From the NCBI GenBank assembly GCA_004764695.1, contig SMSO01000032.1:7472483-7536482 (forward strand): a stretch of 64,000 bases of DNA, given 5' to 3'. This stretch comes from Schizochytrium sp. TIO01 (taxonomy: Eukaryota > Protista > Bigyra: Labyrinthulomycetes). Below, one piece after another: positions 26,801-39,200 of the stretch (the first letter of the stretch is position 1; every line of letters begins with the position of its first letter). A program made the translations under genes and the position numbers. The notes beneath the pieces were generated by a model. It worked only from the letters and a program-made list of their open reading frames with translations, was not told the DNA's origin and did no database searches.

Positions 26801-27968
26801 AGCCAGTTGGCAAGCCGCAGTAGGCATCAGATCAGGCTTGCCGGAAACGTTAGATGAAAATAACCAGGAGCTTGGCCCACGCCGTCGAGTCATCGCAAAC
26901 ATCAAGCCTGCCAGAAATCAAAGATCGTAGCACGAGTCACTCTCTCGAAACTAAATTCATTCACACGCTCGGTTGCGAATCAATTTCTTTATTTGATCGC
27001 TAAGGAACTACTAACCAACCAGGTCTACCAGTATTGAGCTATTTTCTGTTTAGTTTTTGCCCTTTTGCCTTTCTGCGTGGAAGCACTCTTTGCTTTCCTT
27101 TTTTTTTAAAGGTTCTGTTAAATCAGATCTGTCTCGAAAAGTTTAAACCTGACGCAAAAGCGATTTGATTATGATGCCAAGAAGACAGCTCACAGAGGGG
27201 CTAGGCAGCGAGCTACGAGGGCCTGAACGAGCTATGTATTACTTGGGCCATCAGATTTTTCATTATTTCTTAATCTGCCATTTTATTTTTAATAAGTGGC
27301 ATTAAAGTTATCATCATCTCCATAGTTATTATTCCTAATCACAAATATATATGACTGGTGGTGATAGTAAATTAAAGGCAGTTTAGTTCGGACCAGTCGG
27401 AATCATACCCTGTGCTCGCACAGAGGTGGTAGGTAGGTAGTAGTAATGGACACATTCTTTTCTACCAGCTCGTGCACGAGCACAACTTTCATAAATGGAA
27501 GAGAAGAAGTAGAAACAACAAAAAAGGTCAGAAAAGTTTCCCCTCTCCCAATAACAACTTTGTACCTTAGAGATTATCGTAAGCGCTCTCTTTCACTCAC
27601 CCTCCTTTCTGTCTTTTTCCATTTTGAAACTAAAACTTTAAACTTTAAACTTAAATTTTTCGTTCTATTTTTGTTTTCTTTGCCTAAAAGCACTTGCCGC
27701 GAGCCAGGCAAGCAGCCCAGACAGGCCCACGACCAAAACCCTATCGTCCCCGGCAGTGCGCTGGAGGTCTGTGCAGGCCACAGACTTATTCGATTAGTTT
27801 AATTGATCATAGAACTAAAGAGGATAGGAAAACAGTCCACTGACTGGTGCTGGAGGGTCTTATCTTGCCCTGCTACGCAGCGCTCTCAGCAAAAACCTAA
27901 CTTGCCAACAATACAACCACACGAAGAAGAGACGGCAGCTCTTCGCGGAGACAACAGCAGCTAGGATC

Positions 27969-30530
27969 ATGTGGTCTCTGAGAAATGCTGTGGCGCTTGC
28001 CACAGTCTGTGCACTTGCCATCGTGCAGAGCACACAGGCAACCTATGGCGTTTGTGAAACTTGTAATGACTATGTTTTACAGCGCGTATGCCGTGAAGAG
28101 GACGTGAGCACCGATCAATATGCCACTAACTCAACAAATTTCAATATTGGTGTCCTGCGGAGTTTCACTGGTGATGGAAGCGAGGACCTTTCAGTAATGT
28201 GCGCTTACAACAAGGCACTTTCAGACTTTTACAGCACTTCGAGCTTCAGCGTCGGCCTTGTTTGGCTCGACTCTGATAGCGACGTGCAAGGTGGTGCACA
28301 GGCCGCACTCTGCATGAACAAGGCAGGTGTAGAAGTTGTGGCTGGTCCAAAGACAAGCACTGTGGCCGAGGGAGCATCCATGATTGGTAACATCTATGAC
28401 CTTAACATGGTTGCTGCAGCTGCAACTTCCCCACTTCTTAGTGACACATCTGATTATGCATACTTTTCTCGTGTAATTCCTTCTGATTCTTATCAAGGAT
28501 CTTTGCTTGCAGAGTTGGCATACGCTCTTGACTGGCAGAAAATTGCTACAATTTCAATCCCCACCAACGCCTACTTTTCTGGTATCACAGACGCCTTCAC
28601 AGATCGTGCAGAGGAGTTGGGAATCTCACTTACAACTTACACACTCCAGGAAGACTTCACAGAATCCAAGATTCGCGAACATCTGGAGGATATCAAGAGC
28701 TCAGGTATTCGTATTATCATGGCTGCTATGAAGCCCATGCATACCACATTGACTATTGCTTCTGAGCTCGGCATGCTCGAAGAAGGCTGGGGCTGGCTTA
28801 CTACCGAGACTGCCATTTCTATTCTCGAGAGCAACATCTGGAATCTAAATGAGACTTACCTCGAGAACATGGATTCTCTTCTCAATGGAGTCATCGGTCT
28901 CGTCCCAGCTATGGATACCACCTCGACTGTCTATGCTGAATGGCAAGATTGCGTTGCGGACAACTTTGAAATCACTGACACTACGTCCATGTACTATGGC
29001 ATTGGTGACATTGTGAACAAGTCCTACGACAACATGACCGAGGCTCTTGAGGAAGCTCAGGTCTTCTGGAATGGGTACATGTATGACGCTGTTTATTTCA
29101 CCATGAAGGCTCTCAGTGGCCTCTCTGAGTCTGAACTCACGAACGCTACTGCTGTACGTGAGGCTATTCACAAGACCAAGGTCAACGGCACTTCTGGTTC
29201 CATTAAGCTCAACAGCGATGGCGACCGAATTGGTGCGCAATATGAGATTGGAAATATTTACAACCTCAAGTACAACGTCGTTGGTACCGTGAACTCTAGC
29301 AACCCGACTTACGATATTTCCGAGTTAGCCCTTGTCTTCCCTGGAAATGTTACCACTATTCCTATCGATTATGTCATGGACTGCAGTCTCACTGATGACT
29401 ATAACCAGAGCGTGACTGACTGTCAAGGTAAATACCGCACCGTCACCTATACTCAAAACTCTGCTGATTCAATCCGTTACTGTGCAGATGTTGATCCCTT
29501 TGAAGTCAAGTGCGATTATGCTTTGTTTACCGATGCCAGTATGCCTCTTGTCGTGGTGGGATTTGTCATCGTCGTTACTTTTAACGTTATCCTCTTTGTA
29601 CGCTGGAACCATAAGGTGATCCGACTCTCTCAGCGCGAATTCCTTCTCATGATGATGACTGGTGCTTACATTGCTTTCATCGGCTCCCTCCTCTCTATTG
29701 GTTCCCTTGACGACTTGAAATGTGCTTCTCTGCCTGCATTTACTGCCGTCGGATATGTGCTCATGTTTGGACCTTTATTTGTGAAGTCTTGGCGCGTCAG
29801 CGTTCTCATTCGCAACAAAAAGCTTAAGCGCATGAAGATTACCAACATGTCACTTTACGCGCGCATTGCAGTCCTGCTTGCTATTGTTATTATTGTTCTT
29901 ATTGTCATGTACATTGTCGACCCTCCCCATCTTACGACAGACTCGGAGCCGACAACTCTTTCAGATGGTACGATTGCGCTTGTACCTTTCACTACCTGCA
30001 GCGTCAACAGCAACACCATGAGTCTTGTTCTCATCTTCGTGCTTGCTATGATGACGGCATATGGTTGCTTCGTCTCTTACACAATTCGCAATGTCAGTTC
30101 TGAGCTCAGTGAGGCTCACTGGATTTTCTTGTCGGTATACAACGGTGCTGTGCTTTCAATTGTTACACTCGCAGTGGTTCTTGGCATTGACCTCAACTAT
30201 GCCCAGCTTCACCTTTACGCTACGCTTGGTATTGTCTTGGTTTGCATTGTCACTGTAAGCCTAATTATGATCCCGAAGCTCATCAATATTCACAAGAATG
30301 TGACTGTTGCTAGTTCCTCTGAGGGCATGACCTTCGGAAATGGATCAATGACTAACTCCAAGGAGTCCAACGGTATCACCGCTTCGATGTTTGAGCGGAC
30401 ACTGTACCCTGGTGACTCGTCCTACGAAGGTACTTATAAGGACGGCTCTGTTGTTGAGACTACCCTCATTAGGCCACCGCCTATGTCCGAGGCAGTCACG
30501 CCGCCGCCCATGCCTCACACACATGCTTAA
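27969..30530 (+). CDS. Class C (GABA-B/mGluR-like) GPCR, paralog 3, 853 aa, intronless
   Basis: Colinear with paralogs 1 and 2: VAGPKTSTVA, ATSPLLSD, 4-Cys linker, FVKSWRV, RNVSSELSEA and IPKL; Pro-rich C-terminal tail. Confidence 0.92.
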   Translation: MWSLRNAVALATVCALAIVQSTQATYGVCETCNDYVLQRVCREEDVSTDQYATNSTNFNIGVLRSFTGDGSEDLSVMCAYNKALSDFYSTSSFSVGLVWLDSDSDVQGGAQAALCMNKAGVEVVAGPKTSTVAEGASMIGNIYDLNMVAAAATSPLLSDTSDYAYFSRVIPSDSYQGSLLAELAYALDWQKIATISIPTNAYFSGITDAFTDRAEELGISLTTYTLQEDFTESKIREHLEDIKSSGIRIIMAAMKPMHTTLTIASELGMLEEGWGWLTTETAISILESNIWNLNETYLENMDSLLNGVIGLVPAMDTTSTVYAEWQDCVADNFEITDTTSMYYGIGDIVNKSYDNMTEALEEAQVFWNGYMYDAVYFTMKALSGLSESELTNATAVREAIHKTKVNGTSGSIKLNSDGDRIGAQYEIGNIYNLKYNVVGTVNSSNPTYDISELALVFPGNVTTIPIDYVMDCSLTDDYNQSVTDCQGKYRTVTYTQNSADSIRYCADVDPFEVKCDYALFTDASMPLVVVGFVIVVTFNVILFVRWNHKVIRLSQREFLLMMMTGAYIAFIGSLLSIGSLDDLKCASLPAFTAVGYVLMFGPLFVKSWRVSVLIRNKKLKRMKITNMSLYARIAVLLAIVIIVLIVMYIVDPPHLTTDSEPTTLSDGTIALVPFTTCSVNSNTMSLVLIFVLAMMTAYGCFVSYTIRNVSSELSEAHWIFLSVYNGAVLSIVTLAVVLGIDLNYAQLHLYATLGIVLVCIVTVSLIMIPKLINIHKNVTVASSSEGMTFGNGSMTNSKESNGITASMFERTLYPGDSSYEGTYKDGSVVETTLIRPPPMSEAVTPPPMPHTHA

Positions 30531-31449
30531 CTCTCTTCGTTCGAGTGATGCATTGACCACGCGCAAACGATGTGTCGGCAATTATGTCTCGTGTTTCTCT
30601 GTGTTTTTGCCGACGTTTGCTCCTGTGTTGCTTCTGTAAAGAGGAAATTCGCATGCATGCATTCACTTTGCACAAGGTCAGAATCAAAATAACCCTTGTA
30701 AAGTTCAAGGTCGAGCCTTTCGTATGTATCGGACTCCCTTTCTCGGGACCGAGATTTCTGGGCTGAGCATTTCTTACATTTACTAAGAAATAGCTTTCCT
30801 TGCGGCTGTTTTTCTAAAGTCGAACAAAACGAGCCTGCCACTGACCATGCTATAATCAATCCTCTGACACCCCAAGGTCTCGGTCCAAATCTTTGAGGTC
30901 GCGCTGCTATCCCTTTCCGAAGGACATGTTTTCATCGACCTTCCTGTTGTGATAAATTAAATTAGTATAAGACAATTTATTCTGTGAACAATTTGCGTTA
31001 CCTGTCCTCTTTTCTTGTGTGCCTAGATACAAATCAGAATGCGAACTTTGTAATTCTCAGCCATGCAAAGCAATTTCGAAGCCAATGTATAGATTAAGAA
31101 CACTACCCATTGTACTGCCGCTGATGAAATGATGCTAGTCTTTGACATGGCAAAGTTCTAGTTTACTGCGTACTATAACTAAAGGTGCGAATAAAAAATA
31201 AAGTGCCAGTGCGCTCCTTTCATAAAAAAAAATAATAATATAAGGAAAATAGTAATTATTCCCTGTTTCTTTGGAGTTTCTTTCGTCCTCGTGCAGTGTC
31301 CAAAACCAGTTTCCTCATAGGGGTCGCTGTGACCGCTGCAGCTGACGTGACTGGGGGGGCGGTTGTTCTGACACGTACTTTTATTTTCGCCTCATTTGCG
31401 GCGCACTTGCTAAGTCTGCTGAGGTGAGGTGAAGGTTTTATTGTCAGTG

Positions 31450-32814
31450 ATGTTGCGGCCGCAACTCTCAAAATATGAATTCCAAGGACGGCCGCGGTGC
31501 CTGCGGCCACAGAGACTCTCTGTGCTCAATGTATTTCCTCTTCATGGCTTGGCTCTGCTGGTGGTTTTTGTACTTGCTACTGTCGCTAACCCCTCCTCAG
31601 CAGCTCTGACGACGCGACTTGAGTTGAAGTCTCCGTCGCAGCTGGATCTGATGGCCCTTCAAGAGCAACAAAAGAACCTTGGGCTCAAAGCTGCAGGCGA
31701 GACGAGCTTCGAAGCTGTTTTGCAGCGTAAATCGAAGTTCCTATCGACTATCAATGCGACTGTTGGTGGGCAGTCATTTGCATTTGCACTGGACACAGGT
31801 AGCGCCAACACCTGGATCACGACCACCTCGTGCTCATCTGTGGCATGCGGATTCCATCCCAATTACGACCCATCAAAGTCCACAACGCTTACCCAAGACC
31901 CAGAGGCCGAGCCCATGGTGATCACCTTTGGAACAGGCGAGATTGAGGGAAGTTTAGCGAAGGACACATTTCGTATTGAAACTCTGGACAGCGCAAGTCC
32001 TATTGTTGTTGCAGACCAAGACATTCTTCTAGTTACAGCGGAGGTCGGCAAAGGATTTCAGACGGATGACTTTGAAGGCCTCATTGGCCTTGCATTCCCT
32101 GCTCTGGCTGTGGAAAACTCCACAACATTTCTGGAAAATACGATTGCTCATGACTTGGTTAACAAACCGCAGTTCTACTTCTTCCTTGGACCTAGCGAGC
32201 AGTTTTTTGTAATGGGAGAGCCAAGTAATTTTAAGGACCAATACCTAGGGAACGATATTGTTTATCACCCTATAGCTGAGCAGTACTACTGGGCCATCAG
32301 TTTTGATGATGTGCTTTTTAATGGCGAGTCTCTTTTGACAGACGAAATTCGTTCGCAGTCGTGCGCTCCGACCGGATGCAAGCTTGTCTTCGATTCCGGA
32401 AGCACCTTCAACACTATGCCCGGACCATCGTACGCTGAACTTTCCCGGCGTCATCATACGATATGCAATGGTGCACAAACAAACTTCACGGTGTCATATG
32501 TGATAAATGGAACCATTTACGAGTTCACATCAACGGATGTCACCACCATATTGAGTAATTCTTCTGCAAGTGAATGCCCAGTTCTCTTGTTCAGTCAGAT
32601 CGATGTTCAGAATGACCACGGCCCAGTCTTTGTAGCAGGCCAGGTATTTCTTCGGAAGTTTCTCACCATATTTAATTATCAGACAAGTCAACCTACAATC
32701 GGACTAGCCCCTCTCAACATTGCGTACCACCATGGCGCCTCTAAGCAGTCCACTTCCCTACGTCAAATCTTATTGAGTCAACTAAGGCAAGAGCACGGAT
32801 CTCGAATGCTCTAG
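31450..32814 (+). CDS. Pepsin-family (A1) aspartic protease, secreted or signal-anchored
   Basis: Catalytic motifs FALDTGS and VFDSGS; flap ITFGTG; FEGLIGLAF; YYWAI; N-terminal hydrophobic segment LALLVVFVLATVA. The first in-frame ATG is at 31450 (the ORF track opens at GTG 31429), so the start is uncertain. Confidence 0.88.
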   Translation: MLRPQLSKYEFQGRPRCLRPQRLSVLNVFPLHGLALLVVFVLATVANPSSAALTTRLELKSPSQLDLMALQEQQKNLGLKAAGETSFEAVLQRKSKFLSTINATVGGQSFAFALDTGSANTWITTTSCSSVACGFHPNYDPSKSTTLTQDPEAEPMVITFGTGEIEGSLAKDTFRIETLDSASPIVVADQDILLVTAEVGKGFQTDDFEGLIGLAFPALAVENSTTFLENTIAHDLVNKPQFYFFLGPSEQFFVMGEPSNFKDQYLGNDIVYHPIAEQYYWAISFDDVLFNGESLLTDEIRSQSCAPTGCKLVFDSGSTFNTMPGPSYAELSRRHHTICNGAQTNFTVSYVINGTIYEFTSTDVTTILSNSSASECPVLLFSQIDVQNDHGPVFVAGQVFLRKFLTIFNYQTSQPTIGLAPLNIAYHHGASKQSTSLRQILLSQLRQEHGSRML

Positions 32815-33215
32815 ACGATCACTCACTCACCTTTATCACTACACCACTACACATACGATTATGTAAACTATTTGTTTTAATTTAAACATAAGAAGAGAGA
32901 TTTAAAGTCCGAAAGGAGACATCTATTTGCATGGCTCTTATTTCAATCAAATAAGAGCATCGTGTTTTCTAAAAATAGACTGATATTAAAGTCTAGTGCA
33001 TCTCAAACACATATGTCCACGGTTAAACAGAAAAATTGAAGCAACATCATCATCAACAGATACAAAAGACAAATACCTCAAACCCGTAGCAAATCAATTT
33101 TACGTGATTAAAAAAAAATGAAAGAAATGCCAGATACTCTCCAAAAAAGGCGCAGGACCATAAATAATCAAATGATTCACAAATTATAAGCAAGGAAACT
33201 TTCTGTTTTGTTTAT

Positions 33216-36200
33216 TTAGGAAAAGAAAATATAATCGTCCCCATAGCAGTCGTCATACTCATCTTCCTCGTCAAAGTATTCATCGTTCTCGTCCATGTCT
33301 TCTTCTTCACCGTCCTCACCATCGAAAAGGCGCATAAGGTCAGCAAACTCAATTTTACTGAACTCTTGTTCGGTGAACCGCCTGACAACCTCGCGAATAT
33401 ACACATCAAAGTGCTCTGGGTCGAAGATTTCATTGTCAAACATTGTCCCTTCATCGTAGCGGCGTCTCTGTAAAGGATCAGAGAGGATAGCAAAGGCTTC
33501 ACTTAAATCTTGCAGATTTTGCTTCACAACAGATTCATCCTCCTTATTAAGATTGTTCACCAAGTAAGAGCGTGCCGTCTCACGGTAGGACTCACGAATT
33601 TGATCTTCGGAGGCATTCTTCCCAAGATTCTCTAAACCCAAGATCCGATAATAGCTAGCGCACTTCGTCCTGCGCTCTTCAATACGAGCATCGCGCCTCT
33701 TCTGCGAGTACAGATTTAATAACCTCCTTTTATTTGATGAGAGGGATGCTGCAAGGCTCACATCGGCTACGTTGTTTGCTCCTTCACGAGCAGTTGTAAA
33801 CGCCTCAAATAAAGAGGCCACATCTCCTTGCTTTTCGAAATATTCAATTTTAGCCATGTAAGTGGAAAAATTCATTGGGAGGCATTCAACGGCTTCGGAG
33901 AATGCCTTCTTCGCTTGTGGAACCTTGTTCAACGCGCCAAGCGAAGCAGCAATTTCTAGAATCAATTTGCAGGCTAACCACTTCATATCTTTTGGACAAG
34001 ATGATTTGCCTGCTTCGTATTCCCTAATTGCAGCCTCGTGCTCGCCTGCCAAGGCTTTCTTTCTACCCGACTGTAGTGATTTGGCTGCTGAGGCGTACGC
34101 AGAGAGACGTTCATGGTAGTTCGGGTCTTTCATGTACGCGCGATCAAAGTGGATCATGGCTGTATCATAGTCCTCGGCTTTTTCAGCAATAGCACCCGAA
34201 AGATACCAAACCTCTGCAGAACCCCTACGCTGTGGTGTGCGCTCTTTGAGCTTGTGTACTAGGTCAAGTGCGCCAGGCAAATCAGTCCCAGTCTCAATGT
34301 GCGACCAAATCTTTGCTACCATTGAGGCTGCGTCCAACACATCTTTGGCAACCTTCACATCCTCTTGTAACTGCAAGAGCTCCTGGGCCTGAGGGACAAG
34401 TTTCAAACCCTCACGGACTACGGCAAGCGCTTTCTTGAGCTTGCCATTATCTTTGTGGTGCTTTGCACGTCCAAGTTTGTCCAAAGCTTGCTCCACATCC
34501 TTCATATCATCCTCGCACAGCTCCTTCGCATTTGTAGACAACTCAATTGCCTTTTTGAAATGATCAAACGAGGCTTGCAAATTGCCCTGCTGCATGGCAG
34601 AACGACCGAGGCCAACATAGGCTTCCGCATTGTTCGGATTTAATCCAAGGCTCTTGTTAAAAAGCCTCTCCGCCACGTTGTAATTCTTTCTAGCCAGCTC
34701 GCAAAATCCAGCAGCATTGCGAAACATTGACGAAGATGGGTAGGCCGAAATGGACTTTTCGTACCATTCCATTGCCTTGCGATACGACTTTGTTCTCATC
34801 GAATGGTCTCCCTGTTCTTTAAACTCCTTGGCGCGTAGAAATTGAGGGTTTGATTCCTCTTCAGCGACTCTTTTGTCTTCATCAGAAGTTTCAGTCTTTT
34901 TCTTTTCTTTATCCAAATTCTCGGTCTGGACATTCACCTCTTCGCATTCCACATTGTCATTCTTTTCATCAGCTAATCCAAGATCGTCACCTCCGGATTT
35001 GGCTTGGCTTTCAGAGGCGTTCTCCGTTTCCTCATTATCTGAGGAATCATCTGAGTCACTCTCCGATGAGTCTTCAGAATCAGAAGCAAAAAGGGATCTC
35101 TTGGCTTCTTCCGCAGCTAGTCGAGCCTCTACTTCAGCCTTTTCCCGTTTCTCCCGCTTGGACATTACTTTAGATTTGGTAGCTCCTGCCCGTGCGGATA
35201 AAACATGGGCGTCTTCGGAAGTTGACGTCACGTCAAGTTTGTGGTGAGGATCTAAATTTTTCCGCTCAATGAAGCAATGCGACGCCGGCGAGCTTTTCGT
35301 TTGCGCAGAAGCACCTGAGGTAGTTGTTGCGGCTATGCTCTTGATCGAAGCTGCTGCCGATGAGCCTCGAGCCAAACTTGTACCAGCCGTGTTGGTAGGA
35401 GTAATGCCAGCTGCTGACACAGAGGCATACGTACTTCCAAGGGACTTTGTAATGCTAGAAGGTTGTTGTTGTTGTTGTTGCTGCTGCTGCTGCTGCTGCG
35501 AAATGATGTCTGGGCTAGATTCATTACTCTCGCGCTTATGCCCAAGAATAACCCGGCCTTCCTTGGGTGACTCATGAGGAACAAAAGCTACAGACATATG
35601 AATTGGTTCAGCACAGACGGGACATTTCTCATAAGTAGACCTGTCACTTTGGGCCATGTGCGAGACAATGCATGTTCGATGAAAACAGTGGCCGCATTTA
35701 CCAGGTACAAGCAACCGCCGAGGTTCATCCATCTGCTCAAAGCAAATCGGACACTCATTCAATGAGGTTTGGCTTGATTTCGAACCAGCAGAAGATGGCT
35801 TTTGGTCAGCCGGAGGTAATGTTGTTGCAACTAAGGCCACCTTATTCTCTTCTTCGGTAACATTCGACCCCCAGGCATGAGTTGATGTGTTCCAAGTAGA
35901 GTCATCAGTCGGCTCCGCAAATCCTTTCAAATGGTGATTCGGAGCAAGACCCTCCCAGGCAATGCCTGCTGCGTTGTTTTCCATCCTGGTTTCACTATTA
36001 GTTTCACTTCGCAGATCAGAAGGTTCTTCAAAGTTCTGTGGTGCTTGATCCGTAGAAATGAATGTCGAGGTTGCGCTACTCTTTTGTGCTTCATGAGAAT
36101 CCTGCTGTGCGCCATAATTGGACACAGCATGTGCACCGATTCCTGGCGGTGATCTATTGTCAAGAGTTAGCGTTGACAGAGTATTAGATTTAACAGCTAA

Positions 36201-39200
36201 AACTTCATCTCTTTGAGATGCCGCAACTCCTGGCTCCTGTTCATTGTAGACACAATCATTTTTATCAATACTTGTTTCAGAGCTTGCTGAAATACCCGAT
36301 GGGAAACTGTCATTATGATATTCACCAACAGAGGCAGGAGTCATTAAGCCAAAGCCAGGTGGTGGAGTCCGTGAAGTTCGGAGAATAGATTGTACATTGC
36401 TTGCATCAGCAATTGGCGCAATAATATGATGTTGCTGTTGCGAGGATTGTAGCGGAGGTGGTGCTGATGTTAAACTCATCGGTAAGGTCAGTGAAGGTGA
36501 TCCACCAAAAGCGTTTCGTAAACTCTCACGCACCCCCTGATCACGCGATAATGACGCGCTTGAGTCTGCAGCAAAGGCACTCCCGAAGTTCGTAAAGGCC
36601 TGTCCAGAACCTGCACCATGAGCAAAGCTAAAAAGCCCCCGCCCTGCACCCAAACCGATTGGCGATTGTAAACTAAGGCTTGAAATTCCATCCAAGGGCG
36701 ATGGCAGCGGGTTTGCTGAAGAAAATAATGAGTTTTGCGAATGAATTTGATCTCCGTTTCCAGCAGACATGGACGCAGATGAAGATGGATGAGAAAGGTG
36801 AGGTGGCAGTGATGACGACCCAAAACCTGGAGGCGGTGCCCGCGACCCAGACACATTGGATACTGAAGATTGTAATGAGGTCTGCGGCGAATTGAAGGGA
36901 TATTGAGTTGCTGTCAATTCTGCGTAAATTTTGTCATGATCAAGACTTCCTTCTGTGTGATGGTTTCCCAAAAGCCAAGAAGGAATGTCATCGTCGTCTT
37001 CGTGTTGCGGATTGAGCTGCTTCTCATCGAAATGTTTTTCAGGTAAAGCTTCTTGGCTAGCAAAGGACGGCATATGACTTGTCTGAGTTGCTACCTGACC
37101 TTCACCATTTGCAGAAGTTCCCGTGGCTGATGCGGCTGCAGAACTAGGGCCGGGTGCAGGTGCTGCTAAGAAGCTTGGGAGGGTTTCTCTTGCGCTTTCA
37201 AAACCACTCGTTTCGGATCTCTCAAAGAACGGGGTAGAACTAGGCACGGTCATCGACTCGTCATCTCCACAGTTCATCCGAATAAGCTGAGAGACTTCAT
37301 GAAAGGACTTATTTTGAGCATCGGGATGCAACTCAACCCGGTATATTTGACGATGCGTACGCCACCCGCCCTTGGGACTCACATTCATGCGAGACTCAAC
37401 AAGAGAAATGAATAAAACACCATTCCGACTTGCCACAAAATCATGAATGTCCAGATCGATATCATCAAGGCCAACCAATTTGGTTGAAACACGGATACGC
37501 TGCGACTCCGTTTCGTCTAGTGCAAGCCAATAGACTCGAGTCTCTTTCATTTTCGACCAATGTGCTAATACATATGCCCTTCCGTCAGAACCCACGCTTA
37601 ATCTCATAGAGTCAGGGCGAGAGTTAGCAAAAGATATTTCGTGAAGTGTTGACTGTGAATCTCTTGTAAAAATGCGCTTGTTCATTTTCACGATAGTCAT
37701 ATCGCTAGCATTAATAGAGCTTATATCTTCATAATTTGCGAATGACTCAGGCAAGACAATAGGACCCTGGGGCGTAAAAGCAACAAAGGGCGGGACGCCA
37801 ATTTTTTCAGCTCTTGCACGATTCAGCTTAACCAGAATTCCGACGAACTGTGCATTCCGTGATACATGAATAGCCTCTGCACAGCTAGCAACATCTTTGC
37901 GCAACTCTATCGAAGTATTGTCCTGGACCCATTTTTTGCCCTGTCGTGTAAAATATACTATTTGTCCTGTCGTTGATAATAGCACTAGCAAGTTCCCACG
38001 CCGAGGATCATAGGTTAATGGGCCGCCAATAGAAGGCAACGATAGCGTAAACTGATAGTTGCCTTCAGTGGAGCTGTAAAAATTGACCTTATCAGGCTTT
38101 CCACTCAAAACGCAGACTGCAATCTCGTCGCGCATAGGATCAATGGCATAGAAAGCTTGCTCTTGAGATGCCTTTGCAGCAATACGAATAATTGGTTTCG
38201 GGTTTGGTATAAAAGGTCCACGTGCCCAATCGATAGGCCCTGGGATGTATTGTGCTCTTGGAGTGCTCACAGAATCGTCTGCACCACCGTTCCCATAAGT
38301 CGCACTAAGAGGAGTACTAGAAGATGTTTTCTTGAAAGCAGCTGCGGAACCAATACTACTTGCAGGACTAGCTTCTCGACCAGTAGTGTTGTTTCCTGAA
38401 GCTGACTTGGGCGTAGGTCCAGGTTTACTTGTGGTATCACTGTGAGAAGCTGGACTTGGACCCTTACTGGTCGATTCGACGCTTGTTTTGTTGGAAAGCT
38501 CTGTCAAGATTTTCTTACGTAAAGGGATAGGCATACTTTGCCATAAAGTGTCATCAATGCCTTCTGGGGCATTGGCAAGAGCTGTTTTACTAAAGCTAGG
38601 TTTTGCAGTATCAACTTGTGGAGGGGCAGAGGAAAAGTTACCTTTGAACTTGCTAGGCCCGGCATCTTTGGTAGGGCGCCCTGGCCCAAGTGCACTTGCA
38701 GATGGTTTATTAGGCTGACTAGAAATCTGGAATGCAGGTTTTTCGCGCTTGAACTGAGGTTGTTGTTGCTGTTGGTAAACCGTTGCACCTGCACCAAAAG
38801 CAGATGGCGAAGATGGCAAGGATGAGTTCGAGTTTTGTTTTATTGGGACAGGCCGTGGTGTCTGTGCTGTGGGTGTTGTGGCACGCATATCGCCAAGAAT
38901 CTTGCTCTTGAGCGATTGGGGCATAATGTTCCACGATGCTGGGTCTACCCCAGGGGGTGCCTCGGTGGCATCAACCACGCCATTTTTTATAGAATGAGTG
39001 TCAAAGGCATTTGCGGGAGCTCCAGAGGAGGTTGCGGCAGACATGTTTGTGTTTAAAGCAGACCCTTCGAGATCGTCAGTGTGCGCGAAGCGACACCGAC
39101 TTCCATAGCGACATCCTCCCTTCTTAGAGTGGAATCTGCATGGAATTTTTTTGACATGCGCATCATTGGCACTCTCAAAGGAATCACTGTACTTTTCACC

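Noticed and set aside
21938-26849. 14-bp inverted match cgtttccggcaagc / gcttgccggaaacg as possible TIRs
   Set aside because: The match does not extend, there is no TSD or transposase between, and it is compatible with chance.
11175-27465. Shared motif agaggtggtaggtag...ttcttttcta upstream of GPCR2 and GPCR3
   Set aside because: Short and low-complexity (GGTA repeats), at very different distances from the starts, and not seen before GPCR1.
35269-35577. Poly-Cys ORF (EGCCCCCCCCCCCCE)
   Set aside because: Antisense reading of the polyQ codons in the 2003-aa gene.
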